From assembly GCF_009914755.1 (NCBI RefSeq), contig NC_060941.1: a stretch of DNA of 64,000 bases, one strand, 5' to 3'. Both the position numbers and the translations under genes were made by a program. The notes beneath the pieces were generated by a model, which saw only the letters and a list, made by a program, of their open reading frames with translations, was not told the DNA's origin and ran no database searches. Origin of the DNA: the human T2T-CHM13v2.0 reference genome, Homo sapiens. Numbering within the stretch: position 1 is the stretch's first letter; every line of letters starts with the position of its first letter. This document shows positions 1-21,270 of this stretch, piece by piece.

Positions 1-250
1 GGCCGAGGCGGGCGGATCACCTGAGGTCAGGAGGTCGAGATCAGCCTGGCCAATATGGTCAAACCCCGTCTCTACTAAAAATACAAAAAAATTAGCCGGG
101 CGCGGTGGCGCGCGCCTGTAATCCCAGCTACTCGGGAGCCTGAGGCAGGAGAATCGCTTGAACCCGGAAAGGCAGAGATTGCAGTGAGCCGAGATTGCGC
201 CACTTCGTTCTAGCCTGGGCAAAACAGCGAAACTCCGTCTCAAAACAAAA
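1..250 (+). mobile_element. Alu (5' end cut by window)
   Basis: Alu consensus with A-rich tail. Confidence 0.92.
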
Positions 251-700
251 ATACACTACTTTTTAGCTGCTTAAGTTCGAGTTGACTTATACAGTGTTAA
301 TTTGCCTGAGTTTAAATACTTATTTTTAGCTTCACTAATACTGTTTTTAACCAAAAAAAAATGAGCGTAACGTAAGTCTTAAATGCCCACGGACCTGCTC
401 GCTGCCGGCTCCACCGTCAGTGCACGGGAGCTGCTTAGAGAGGGCAGCTGGCTCCGCCCCACAGCCGTGCCGCGTATGTGGGTGAGGGCCCGTGACGGCC
501 CTGTCCCACACAGGCTGAGTCTGTCTACCCGAGTGTCCCGCTCAGTTCACAGGCGTAGGCGTGCAGAGACGTAGAACTTACACAACAGTACTTGGTTGTC
601 AGGAGACAAATGACACCCCCTTTGCAAAGTGCACTTATTAAAACAGCAAGTGCTTTCTGAGTGCGTCAGCTGTAACCATGCAATGTCTTCTTCTCGGTGA

Positions 701-919
<219 letters not shown>

Positions 920-1241
920 TGAGCCAGACGCGGACGCCTGGGCTCCACAGAGAAGAAACAGCCGGACTGGAGGCCTGCCTGTCCCTCTGTACCTTATACT
1001 AGTACCTGATTTTATAGGCCTTGGAAAACTAATAGCACTGGGAGTGTTTTTTAAAAATCAATGAAGGTTCTTTAAACGACACTGAGTAGATGCCTGAAAT
1101 AACTTAGAATTAACCTGTTTCTTAGTTTGTCATTCAAAAATCCATGAAACAGCCCCCGCACCCCCACCCCCCGCAAAAAAATCAAAACAAAACAAAAACC
1201 CATGAAGTAGACAAACTAGACACTGGAAGCAAAAACATGTC

Positions 1242-2290
1242 CTTTTTTTTTTTTTTTTTTTTTTTGAGACAGAGTCTCACTTTGTCACCAGGCTGGAATC
1301 TTGGCTCGTTGCAACCTCTGCCTCCCAGGTTCAAAGAATTCTCCTGCCTCAGCTTCCCGAGTAGCTGGGACTACAGGCACACACCACCACACCCAGCTGC
1401 TAATTTTTGTATTTTTAGTAGAGACAGGGTTTCACCATGTTGGCCAGGATGGTCTCAATCTCTTGACCTCGTGACCTCATGATCCACCTGCCTTGGCCTC
1501 CCAAAGTGCTGGGCGTACAGGCGTGAGCCACCACGCCCAGCCTAACATGTCCATTTTAAGGAATAGGTAAAACAGTTTGCAGTTTACTTAGTCATAATGT
1601 GGAATAAAAATGTGTGCCCTGGGGAATTAAACAAACAAACATAGTGTGGAAATGTGTCCAAACTGTCTGTTACAGTTGACAGAAAGTGAATTGGGTCATT
1701 TGGGATTCCTGGCCCTGCCGGGCCAGAGAACAGCCCTCCCCTGCCCACTGGCGGTGGCCCCTGACAGCCATGTCTCCCTCTCTTTGCTCTAAGCCCCCAA
1801 ACCATGGCAGAGGCCCCTGACAGCCGTGTCTCTCTCTCTGCTCTAAGCCCCCAAACCACAAAGGGCAGAGGCTGGGTGCCAGAGGCTCTGTGACAGCCCC
1901 ACTCTGTTTTTGAACTTTCTGCTTCCCTTCCACTCGTTACAGGAGGAAGATGTTGATCCTAGGTGAGTGTGGCCCTCGTCTTTCTGGCCTACAGGGGCAG
2001 TTTCTTCTTTTTTTTTTTTGTTCGTTTGTCTTGAGACAAGGTCTTGCTCTGTCACTCATGCTGGAGTACAGTGACGTGTTCTTGGCTCACTGCAGTCTCC
2101 ACCTTCCAGGCTCAAGCAATCCGCCCTCCTCAGTCTCCTAAATAGCTGGGGCTGTAGGCGCACAGTAACATGCCCAGTTAATATTTGTCGTAGAGACAGG
2201 GTCTCCCTATGCCCAGGCTGATCTCAAACTCCTCCCACCTCAGCCTCCCAAAGTGCTGGGATTACAGGCGTGAGCCACTGCGCCCGGCCC
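1242..2290 (-). mobile_element. Two antisense Alus (1242-1543, ~2008-2290)
   Basis: PolyT followed by reverse Alu consensus. Confidence 0.9.
1756..1871. repeat. 56-bp tandem duplication (x2)
   Basis: ggcccctgacagcc.tgtctc...gctctaagcccccaaacca at 1756 and 1812. Confidence 0.85.
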
Positions 2291-2565
2291 AGTTTCCTCT
2301 TTTATTGAGTATTGACATTTTCTTTTTTATAAAGAACTGTGGGAAGAGGGGTTACCAGATATCTAAATAGAGCCAAAATTGCATTTTTAGCAGTTAGAGA
2401 TAGGAATTAAATACCCCTTTTAAAATACTACACCTCCCTCATTATTAGTAACTTTACTATTGTGAGGTGAAATAGGGCCATATCCTATATTTTAAATTAA
2501 AGTTTGTATGTTGCTTGTCAGTGCTGAGTGTGAGAACCTTTGTTTGTAGAAGTCAGTATCTGTAA

Positions 2566-8540
<5,975 letters not shown>

Positions 8541-8591
8541 CTGCCCCATCAGCCTCACACTCTGGGAAGTCCATAAGATTTGCTCATCCTT

Positions 8592-9348
<757 letters not shown>

Positions 9349-10356
9349 TGAGGCAATGTTTGCATTTCGAAGCTGCAGGAAATCTAGTCATGCTGGGGAA
9401 GTGGTCGTGGAGTCGGCCGTCACGGGATTCCCGTGGGAGGACCTGCCTGAAAAGAGATGAGAGTTTCTAATACATTGAGAGGGAAAAATACTCTCGCCTC
9501 TTGTAGATTTCCTGGGTGTGGCCTGGAAGCGGCCTGAAACGGCGGGAGCCGCCGCGTGTCTTTTCCCTTGGCCTCGCGCGCCCTGTGGCCTGTGGCGGTG
9601 CTATGCTGCTGAGGGTGGGAGAGAGGCTGATTTTCTGTGCGCTTTGCTCTCAGAGTCCGTCCGAGGCCGGTGCACAGAAAACCGCACGGATGTTCTGACA
9701 TTGACAAGTGGAGACACCAGAACCTCCGCGCCGACACCGGGTTATCTACCTTCGCCCTGCCCTGTGGAGTGTGGAAAGGGTGGGAGTCCCTGCTGGCTGC
9801 CGAGTCAACTCTGGCATTGGGGCCTGGCTCAGGTGTGGGCTCCCGCTGCTCTGGGTTGGGTACATGTGGGCTGTTGCCGGCTGTGTGGCTGATCCTGGCG
9901 CTTGCGGGATCTCAAGCAGGCAAATCCGAAGCTACCGACTAAAACTGTCTCTGTGCCCACGACACGCTTTCTTTGAAAGAGGGTACAGGTCAGAAGGCTT
10001 TATCACGACGTTTGAATCCTTACCGAACGCTACGAACAGAGACCTTGAAACCTGCAGGTACCTCCTACTCTGACTCAGCACCACCCTGCCTCTCCCCAAA
10101 TTTATGGAAGAACAAGGTCTGGAACCTTTTCTAGGGAAGACTGACTACCTGGGGTTTTTTTTGTTTTTAAGTAATAGCAACACTTGCTGCCTGTAGATAG
10201 ATCGCAAAGTTTGCAGTCATCAGTTACCTGTTTGAATGCCTTCGTCCCCAAGCCCTGTGTCTCCTCCTTCTCTTCTCTCTGGGTAACTGTGGCTGTGGAT
10301 GCTCTAAGGTGATAAACCTGGTGGCACTGCAGGTAGCTGGGAGGAGATGGAAGCCG

Positions 10357-10478
10357 GGAGGGCTGGCGATTGGAGGGCAGGCGGTTGGAGGGCTGGCTAT
10401 TGGAGGGCAGGCGGTTGGAGGGCTGGCGGTTGGAGGGCTGGCGGTTGGAGGGCAGGCGGTTGGAGGGCAGGCGGTTGG
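10357..10478. repeat. 15-bp minisatellite (~8 units)
   Basis: (GGAGGGC[T/A]GGCGGTT)n. Confidence 0.9.
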
Positions 10479-10522
10479 CTTTCTGGTCTTAGTCACTCCC
10501 AGTCTGAAGACAAGGCAGAGGC

Positions 10523-10724
10523 CTAGTGATTCCCAGATTCGATATGTGTCAGAATCACCCAGAAGGCTTGGCTGTTAGAGGCCAGAGTGCTGCGTTCCCC
10601 AGAGTTCCCGACTAGGCCTGTCTGGTGTGGGGCCCAAGAATGCATTTCTGAAACAGTCCAGGTCTGCCAAGAGCCTCCGGTGCAGGTCAGAGGCTTTCTG
10701 GGTCCACCTCTCTTAGAAGCAGTT
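10523..10724. mobile_element. MER5A-like hAT DNA transposon remnant
   Basis: tcagaatcacc...ggggcccaagaatgcatttctga resembles MER5A (recognised from memory). Confidence 0.6.
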
Positions 10725-11545
10725 TGAAAAACCGTATCCCTGCCTGGTATAGTGCCTCACGCCTGTAATCCCAGCACTTTGGGAGGTCGAGGTGGGTGGA
10801 TCACGAGGTCAGGAGTTCAAGACCAGCCTGGCCAACATGGTGAAACACCATTTCTACTAAAAAAAAAAAAAAAAACAAATTAGCCGGGTCTGGTGGCGGG
10901 TGCCTGTAGTTGTAGCTTCTCGGGAGGCTGAGGCAGGAGAATCGCTTGAACCCGAGTGTGGAGGTTCCAGTGAGATGAGATCATGCCACTGCACTCCAGC
11001 CCGGGCGACCGTGCGAGACTCTGTCTCAACAAAAAAAGAAAAACGGTATCCTTTTTATGTATTTAAGTTATCTGGAATTTTTCATTATAAATTTAAGCAA
11101 GTGTTTTAATTTTTCACTATTGAAAATATTGATGTTTTAAAATAAAGCTTTTACGGGATTATTTTCAGTGTACTACTGGACTCCAAATACAGACATCATG
11201 AGATGTCCACTTGCCCACGTGTGGACACACAGGCAGGAGCGGCCCAGATCCTCCCTTGTCTGTGGCCTGGTCTTTCCATCTCACATTCCCTAACAGGTTT
11301 TGTACGAGTCACATACTTTAGGCTTAAATGTCATTTATTAGTCATATCTTTTCTCTGCAGCAATAAAATATAGATATAAATATTAAAGTTTGTCTATGAG
11401 TAACAAAATTGATAAAACCCAAAAATATAACAAATTCTTATAAAACCAAAAATTAAAATGTTACTGAAGATGCCTTTCTTAGTGTATTTAGCTTTAAAGG
11501 AAACCACCTGATTCGTTCTGTATTCACTGATGGTTGCACAGTCCT

Positions 11546-11991
<446 letters not shown>

Positions 11992-12389
11992 TCAGCACCA
12001 GTATTTCCTATTATTGCTTTCATGCTCCATCCCATAGTTTTCATCCCCAAAGCCAGTGCCCAGTTGAGCAGATGAGAGAGGCTGTTCAGAGAGAGGAGGT
12101 GGCAGATGGGCTTTAAGAAAAGACTTCAGGACCAAGAGGAGATTCTGGAAATGATTTTCCTTAAAACAGTGTCGGCTACAGCCTGGATGCTGAACACCTA
12201 GGATGAGAACCACTGCACAGGTGCTCATAATTTTGGCCTCTTGTAGTCTTTTATTTTTTATTTGGGAGGTAGTGTCTCACCATGTTGCCCATGCTGGTCT
12301 CAAGCTCCGGGGCTCAAGCAGTCTGCCCACCTCGGCCTCCCAACGTGCTGAGATGACAGGGTGAGCCACCGCCTCTGGCCAGCACGTCT

Positions 12390-12685
12390 TTTCATGTACT
12401 TTATGGTTATTTGTGTATCTTCTTTGAAGAAATTTTTTTTAAGTCCTTTGCCCATCATTTAATTGGGTTGTCTTTTTGTTGTGAAATTTGTAGTTCTTTA
12501 TTCATATGTAGAGATTTCAGGCCTTTTCAGACATGTAGGTGTAACTCAGAGACATTGCAGGGTTGGTTCCAGACCACTGCAAAAAAATGAATATTGCAGT
12601 AGAGCTGCCAGTCACATGAAATTTTTGGGTTCCTACTATATTAAGCAATTATGTTTATACTAAATTGTAGTGTAGTGTATTACCC
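12390..12685. mobile_element. Old L1 3' fragment (-) followed by a TcMar/Tigger-like terminal fragment
   Basis: L1-like tcttctttgaagaa...gtcctttgcccat; Tigger-like gagacattgcagggttggttccagaccactgcaa. Confidence 0.55.
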
Positions 12686-13823
12686 CAAGGAAAATGTAGT
12701 ATTTTTACTGAGGAATTATGTGGATGTGGCCGAGTTTTCTGACCCAAGCATGGGGTTAGAATGTCCTGTGCAGGGAGGGACTGCACAGGCTGCCTGAGAC
12801 TCTCCCAGGGGTACCAGAGGGCTCAGCACCACGAGCAGATAGGCCGAGGCTGGGCTGCCTGCCCTAAGGGGGTTCCATCCTCACCCTGGCCCCAAGGGCA
12901 GCCTGGGCCGGTTCTGCCTCTGCCACCAGCTGCTGTGGGACCCGGGGCTCAGGGCTTGGCCCCTGCGTGTGTCGTGAAGACAGTGCTGACAGATGGGAGG
13001 TGGGGCTGACAGGACGAGGGGTCAGGATGTTCCGGCCATGCACTGTAGCCCTGGCCTTGCAGGACAGCAGGTGGCTTGGTGGGATGATAGGTGAGTTCCG
13101 TGGGCAGGCGCAGGGCATGAGCTGCCAGTGTCTTCCTGGAAGGTGACTCTGGGGTTGTCGCTCCAGCTGGAGTGTACCCTCATTCCTGCTTCCATAGGGG
13201 TCTCCATGGAGGCCTCATTCAAACACAGGCGAGCCCATCCCTGGCCTGTCAGGTTCACCAGGGTGGCCCCTGGTCCCGTTGTCGCCGTTGTCCACACCCT
13301 GCCCACCTGCCAATGCTCCTGTGTCCCCTGCTCTGCTCCAGGGCCCCAAACCCTGTGCAGAGCTGGGGTGCATCATGCTGCCGCCCCATGGAGAAGGCCT
13401 GGAGGAGATGGAAGCCGGGAGGCTTCCTCTTACAGGAAGGGAAGCCCCAGAAATGTGCCTGGCACCAAGAAACTGCTCCAAGCTTGTTCCAGAGTGTGGG
13501 GAGGGCTTGAGGCCTCCCCTTTTTGAGTACATGGAAAGGAAAGCCTGGCATTTTCTGGAAACGCTCCCAAGTCTCCCTGGCAGGGAGATGTGGGAAGAGT
13601 CCAGGCGCCCAAGCTCTTGCATATTCACTTCCTCCCATCACACGTGCTGTGTACAAGCACCCTCAGAGCTCGCTTTGGGAGACCCCTGCCTCAGGGCTGC
13701 GGGTGCCGCCGTCCACACCACAGGCCCTTCTGCTTCCTGTTTCCAAAGCTCATCTCCTGTCTCTGGGCTGCAGGCGCTGTTTCTGGTTTACTGGCACAAC
13801 TGTGGTTGTGTTTTTGTCAATGA

Positions 13824-14143
<320 letters not shown>

Positions 14144-14747
14144 TGATTTGGGAGTTCGGGGCTGAGCTGTGTTTGGCCAGGGCCTCGCCTGCTCAGTGTG
14201 CTCCTGGGCTGAGCTGCGGTCCTGGAGCATCTCTTGGCTCACATATTGACTCCTCCGGCCTCTCTACTGTCCTGGTCCTTCATGGGGCTCACATGTGTGT
14301 CCTCTTGTTTTCTTTCTGTCACCTTCTTAAGGGTTCACAGATCACTGTCAGTGGAAGGTGTTGCCACAGCTCAAGCCTCACAGTGGAGGAACCTCATGAG
14401 GCCCTTCACGGGGCCACTCCCTGTCTGGACAGGCCTGCCTGACCAGCCCTGCTGGGAAGCCTGGGCTTTGCTGCTGCTTCACCCTGCGACATTCTCCTCA
14501 GGCCCTGCCTTTCGCTTCTTTTGTTAACATTGTTCCTGCCTTGATCGTTTGCTCCCTCCTGCCTAACTCTGCTCTTCTTCCTTGTGTAGCAGTTACGTGG
14601 TCCTCAAATATCATTTGTTGACTCCAGTGTTTCCTGGGGCATCTCCTCAAGCTGGCTGGGGTTCTCTGCATCTCAGCTGTGGCGCCTGGTGTGAGGGCGC
14701 ACGCTTCGCAGTGAGAGTGAAATGCCCAGTTCGCGCTGGCAGAGGGA

Positions 14748-15252
14748 GACCCTGTGAAGGTCTCCCTGTGCCAGGCACAGGCTCTTATTCTGAAAGCAGA
14801 CCCCGTGAAGGTCTCCCTGTGCCGGGCACAGGCTCTTATTCTGAAAGTAGACCCTGTGAAGGTCTCCCTGCGCCGGGCACAGGCTCTTATTCTGAAAGCA
14901 GACCCAGTGAAGGTCTCCCTGTACCGGGCAGAGGCTCTTATTCTGAAAGCAGACCCCGTGAAGGTCTTCCTGTACCGGGCACAGGCTCTTATTCTGAAAG
15001 ACCCAGTGAAGGTCTCCCTGCGCCGGGCACAGGCTCTTATTCTGAAAGCAGACCCCGTGAAGGTCTCCCTGCACCGGGCACAGGCTCTTATTCTGAAAGC
15101 AGACCCAGTGAAGGTCTCCCTGTGCCAGGCAGAGGCTCTTATTCTGAAAGCAGACCCAGTGAAGGTCTCCCTGTGCCAGGCAGAGGCTCTTATTCTGAAA
15201 GCAGACCCTGTGAAGGTCTCCCTGTACCGGGCACAGGCTCTTATTCTGAAAG
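14748..15252. repeat. 51-bp minisatellite (10 units, one of 48 bp)
   Basis: GACCC(T/C/A)GTGAAGGTCTCCCTG(T/C)(G/A)CC(A/G)GGCA(C/G)AGGCTCTTATTCTGAAAGCA. Confidence 0.95.
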
Positions 15253-15269
15253 GGTACGCAGCAGTTTCT

Positions 15270-15326
15270 GGAAGGAAGGAAGGAGGGAGGGAGGGAGGGA
15301 GGGAAAGAGGAAGGAAGGAAAGGAGA
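15270..15326. repeat. (GGAA)n/(GGGA)n purine tract
   Basis: ggaaggaaggaaggagggagggagggagggagggaaagaggaaggaagg. Confidence 0.85.
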
Positions 15327-16213
15327 GCGATAGGCACAGAGGAAGGTAGATGAAGCCCCGCGCCCCCCGGGCGGAGCCCAGCCCTGTTCACCGCGTGCTG
15401 TGCGGGTGCCTGTGCCAGGATCAGCTGGCTGGACGGCTATAGCCCCACGCCTGCAGGCCACATACCTGGGAGAGTGTGGGCCTTCCGAGCCTTCTGGCTC
15501 CCGGCCCCACAGAGGAATTACGGTCCCATGTCCCTCACAAGGACCCTTGCAGAGGGAGCAGTGCATCGGCACAGAGCAGGACACAGGGGAGCCGGGCTGA
15601 GGCTGCGGGTCCCTTGTGGCCGCCAGGTGCTCACGCGTGCTTCGGTGGGGATCTGGCAGCCAGATTTGGGGTGAGGATTTGATGATGTGGGTATCCCTAG
15701 CTGGTCCCACAGTGACGATGGGTGTTGCGTTGTGAGCATGTAAAACGGCAGTGACGTCTGAGGGTCCCTGGACGTCTTTCACACCCAGCCTCAAAGCGGA
15801 GCCTTTCCAGGCAGAGCAGCAGCTGCCGCCACTGGATTGACAGCCCCAGAGCAGCGGGATCAGGCCACGCGGACGAGGAGGTGCGAGGCCTCGGGTCGGG
15901 GCCTGTGTTCTGCGGGAGCCGCACCCATCATCGCTGTGGCGGTGGCAGTGGAGCAGCTGCTCTCGTGTCTGAGCTGCTCCGGCGTCTCTGTCCACAGTAT
16001 AGGGTCTTCTGATGCTTCCTGGAGGTCTCGGAGGGGCTTGCTGCGTGTAGTACCCACACAGCCCACAACTGGGGTGTTGTCAAGTGTTATGACGTAGGTT
16101 GCCTGTGGAGTAAAAGTTGGCCGCTAAGAAATGCTCTAGACAGGCCGGGCACGGCGGCTCACACCTGTCATCCCAGCACTTTGGGAGGCCGAGGCGGGCG
16201 GATCACGAGGTCA

Positions 16214-16573
<360 letters not shown>

Positions 16574-16818
16574 TCAGGGTGGGGAACGTCCCCTTGTGAG
16601 TGTCTGCAGATTGGAGTAGGCAGCAGCGGAGCCCGTCTCTGTAGATGGACTCGCAGAGGAACTTAGTTCTTTCCCTAAAGGAGTAGGAACAGCTGGGCGC
16701 CGTGGCTCACGCCTGCAATCCCAGCACTTTGGAAGACCAGGGTGGGCAGACTGCTTGTGCCCAGGAGTTCAAGACCAGCCTGGACAACATGGTGAATCTC
16801 TGTGTCTACAAAAAATCA

Positions 16819-17043
<225 letters not shown>

Positions 17044-17708
17044 CTAACCATGCGGGCAACGTGGGATGCAGCAGGGTTTGGTGTGCCGTGGGGCAGGGGT
17101 AATTTGCTTATTTCTCTAAGACTTTGTACAGCTCTATAAACAGATTCCCATTAGGTCGTCCTTTCCTTGTGACAGGTAATAGTGGAGGTGTCACAAGGTA
17201 AGTGGCCTGTCTTGCCTGGTTTTCAGGTTCTACGGCTTTTGTCTTGTTTTTTGAGAAAGGGTCTGTCACTGAGACTGGAGTGCAGTGGCGTGATTACAGC
17301 TCAGTGCAGCCTTGAACTCGTGGGCTCAAGTGATTCTCCTGCCTCAGCCTCCTGAGTAGCCAGGACTACAGGCACGTACAAACATGTCCAGCTAATATTT
17401 TTTTTCTTTTGTAGAGATGGGGTCTTACCGTGCTGCTCAGGCTGGTCTCAAACTCCTAGGTTCAAGTGATTCTCTCGCCTCTGCCTCCCCAAATGCTGGG
17501 ACTACAGGTGTGAGCCACCGCGCCCAGCCTTCTCCTTGTGTTTGAACTGGAGAGGACAGAGTGCTATACATGTGGTCACGGTTTTTCTTCGTTGAAAGCT
17601 CTAACAGTGGGGTCGGTCCCTGTTATTAAGCCTGTGTCACTATTCCCTGGGCCCTAAAAGTGCACCTGGCTCCTGTGACTTGGGGTCCTTTCCCACTCCT
17701 CTCCCCAG

Positions 17709-18118
17709 GGCCCCTTGGCCTCAGAAGGCCCCCATGTGCCAGCTCAGACTGGAGTTGCCTCAGTTGACACAGCAGGCCCCATCCAGACAGACCAGCAGGT
17801 GCTTCTGGAGACAAGAGCAAAGCCTTTTCCGGCAGCCCGGAACCTGGGATGAGAAACGACAGGTGGAAGGTTGTCCAGAGACACCTACAGCGTGGATGCT
17901 GTTCCGAGTCAGCGTAGGAGAAAGGCCACTGGAAACCAGAGTCACACTGCGCGTCTGTGCATCTCTGGCCTACCGCAGTGGCCCCGGCTGTCTGCACATT
18001 TTTTGTAGACACATTAGAGTCGGTTGAGGCCACACCTGCGGCCACAGACTGCGACCGCGATTGCAGGGAGGAGCATCTGAGGTGGTCACGGGGTTTGCCC
18101 AGCTCACACCAACTGCAG
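17709..18118 (+). other. FOXK2: FOXK2 alternative (stop-containing) cassette exon in intron 8
   Basis: Pyrimidine-rich acceptor cctttcccactcctctccccag|GG. In frame after exon 8 it reads GPLGLRRPPCASSDWSCLS* (TGA 17765-17767), which I recall as the ILF-2 isoform C-terminus. Candidate donor CAG|gtcagt at 18118/18119; the 3' end is less certain. Confidence 0.7.
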
Positions 18119-18279
18119 GTCAGTTCCTGCTTCGCCTTCAGTAGCCTGAGTCCCTTCTTCTTTTTCTTTCACGTTACTAGGGCAGTTGTTCGCTGACGCC
18201 TTAATTCTGGAACACGTTCCTTGCCCAGATTCTTGGTGGCTGCTTGTTCCCTTCTCATCGTTCCTGCTGTGTTTTCCAT

Positions 18280-18375
18280 GCTTGGTGTAGGGGGACCCTC
18301 AGAGCTTGGTGTAGGGGGAGCCTCAGAGCTTGGTGTAGGGGGAGCCTCAGAGCTTGGTGTAGGGGGAGCCTCAGA
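18280..18375. repeat. 24-bp minisatellite (4 units)
   Basis: (GCTTGGTGTAGGGGGAGCCTCAGA)4. Confidence 0.92.
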
Positions 18376-18406
18376 GGTGGCGTCAGGACGTGCCTGCCCC
18401 ACCGGT

Positions 18407-18541
18407 TGCCCTGGTGCCCTCGTCACGCCCCGGGACCGTGCACACGTGGGGACTGTTTCCAGACGCACTTTCTGCCCTGGTGCCCTCATCACGCCCCGGG
18501 ACCGCGCACACGTGGGGACTGTTTCCAGACGCACTTTCTGC
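18407..18541. repeat. 66-bp tandem duplication (x2)
   Basis: tgccctggtgccctc.tcacgccccgggaccg.gcacacgtggggactgtttccagacgcactttc at 18407 and 18473. Confidence 0.92.
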
Positions 18542-19778
18542 GGGCAGTCTGTGTGGCAGGGCTCCCTGCCCAGCTCCTGCAGCCTCATCAAGTCTCCCAC
18601 TAAGGAGGTGTCGCTCCTCCAACTTTGTTCTTTTTAAAAATCGCTTCAGCCATTCTAGGTCCTTGGCATTTCCGCGTGAACTGTAGGATTCCTACACCAA
18701 GCCTGCTGGCGTCTTGATTGGGACGGTGTTGAATCCAGAGTGTGTGGCAGAGCTGGCGGAGCCCCTCTTTCTTTGATCTCTGCCGATCTCCTTGATTTCA
18801 CGTTTGTTTTATTCCACAGACCACCCCCTCCCCATCTTCTCACCTACTTCAGGTTCCATTTCATGGTAGGAAATTCCTGTAGTCCTCCCGGGCTTGCTGA
18901 AGTGATGCTCCAAGTTACAGTCCCCGGGTTGTCAGGCGTGGCGAGAGCCCCTTGTGCTCAGAGCTCTCACGGAACACAGAGCAAGCCTGTCTACGAGTTC
19001 AGCCGGTGAGGGGCAGGGGCTGGTGAAGGCGGCGGCGCCTCTGGGTGTGCCCAGGGGCAGGGTCGCCTCCAGGCCCCACGCGCTAAGCCGTGACTCCCTG
19101 TAACACACCCGTGTCGACACAGGTCACGTGGGCCCGAGGTGCTCATACATCACACTCCTTGTCCAGGATGGTCCTTCCTGGCACCATGTGGTCCTCGGTG
19201 CAAACCAGAGTTTGCAGTGCTCGCTGCACAGACCCTTCTGCCTTATTCAGCATCTTTAGATCAACAGAGTCAGTGCCTTCCCAAGAGAGCACGTGTGGGC
19301 CTCATCAGGAGCATGTGCCCAACTCGTGTGTGTGTTCCTTCTCTGCCCTGGAGGAGAGGGGTCGCCCTCTCTTGTGGCCCACCCCGGGGCTGCAGGGCTG
19401 ATGGCTGCTCCCTCCCCAGCTCCGGCACCTCCAGGGCTCTGCTGCCTTTAGTCTTCCTTGCGTGCCCTCCACCTCCCTCCGAGCCTCTGCTGAGACCTCT
19501 GCTTCAGGGCCGGGCGTGTTAGCACAGCCCCTCTGCTGTTACAGGGCTCCATGTGGGGTCTCCACGTGGCGGAGTACCTCGCGACAGAGGCTCTGTGAGG
19601 GCAGGGCTGGGTGGATGAGAGTATTTAAGTGTCACCATTTCTTTTCTTTCTTTTTTTTTTGAGACAGAGTTTTGCTTTTGTTGCCCAGGCTGGAATGCAG
19701 TGGCATGACCTTGGCTTACTGCAACCTCTGCCTCCTGGGTTCAAGCAATTCTCCTGCCTCAGCCTCCTGAGTAACTGA

Positions 19779-19997
<219 letters not shown>

Positions 19998-20449
19998 TAA
20001 TTGTGCAAGTGTATGGGGTGCACAGTGATGTTGAGAAGCATGTGACTCGTGATCGGCACATCCGTCATCTCATTGACCATTTCTAGGTGTTGGGAACCTT
20101 CTGGCTGTTTGAAACCGTATTGTTGACTCCCATCATCTCGCAGTGCTGCAGAACACTAAACTTATTCCTTCTGTCTAGCTGTCGTTTCCAGTTTTACGTC
20201 TTTTTAAAAATTATTCCTCCTGTCTGTCATTTCTAGTTTTATGTCCTTTTAAAAATTATTTATTTTTTATAGAGACGGGGTCTTGCTATGTTGTCCAGGC
20301 TGGTCTCAGCCTCCTGGCCTCAAGGGACCCGCCTGCCTCAGCCTCTCTTGGGATTGCAGGCGTGGACCACTGTGCCTGGCCTACGCTTCTTGTATTCTCT
20401 GGGTCATCCAGTCAACTTGAGCCCTGGTGAGGGTGAGGCTGTTGGGTTG

Positions 20450-20778
20450 GGTGAGTCAGCCGTGTTGTGCTGCCGTAACAGAACACCCAAGATGGAAGAC
20501 TTTAGCATGAACAGAAACGGATTGGCTTGCAGTTCTGGAGGCTGGCAAGGGCCTTCTTCCTGTGTGCTCACGTGGTGATGGGGTGAAGGCATATTCACCC
20601 TTTTAGAATGAACTCACTCCTGGAATCATGAGCCTGTCCCTTGGTGACAGCATTAAGCTGTTAGTGAGGGCAAAGCCTTCATGGTCAAGTCACCTTCTGA
20701 AGATGCCACCTCCTAATTAGGCTGCGTGGGCAAGTGAGTTTCAGCATTTCAGGAGACAGATGCCCACACCATAGCAGT
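20450..20778. mobile_element. MaLR LTR (MLT1-like)
   Basis: gctgccgtaacagaacaccc...cagttctggaggctgg...caccatagca pattern. Confidence 0.6.
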
Positions 20779-21082
20779 GACCTCATCTCATTCAGGGTAT
20801 TGGTGCTTGTCAGACACTGGCTGTGACTCGCATCTGGGTGCGTGTGCCTCTCTCTGTGGGGGCCACCCTGCCGTCAGGCGCCAGGAAACCGACGTCAGGG
20901 AATGTGGGGGTCTCCCTGAGAGGGTGCCGACCTAACACGGCTCCTCCGGGTCACGTGGGTGGGCTCAGCGGCCTCCCGTGCCTCCCCTAGGTCTGGAGTC
21001 TCCCCTGCCCTCTCGTTGGGCTCCAAGCCTCTTCCTCAGCCCAGCTTCCTGCTTTGTGGCAGCCGTGCTTTCTGGAAGCTGA

Positions 21083-21270
<188 letters not shown>

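Noticed and set aside
14748-15252. CRISPR-like palindromic repeat array
   Set aside because: No unique spacers, no cas genes, and a human intronic context; an ordinary minisatellite.
14498-15995. ORFs of 199-440 aa
   Set aside because: Open because the repeat period is a multiple of 3 and the flanks are GC-rich; no recognisable domain.
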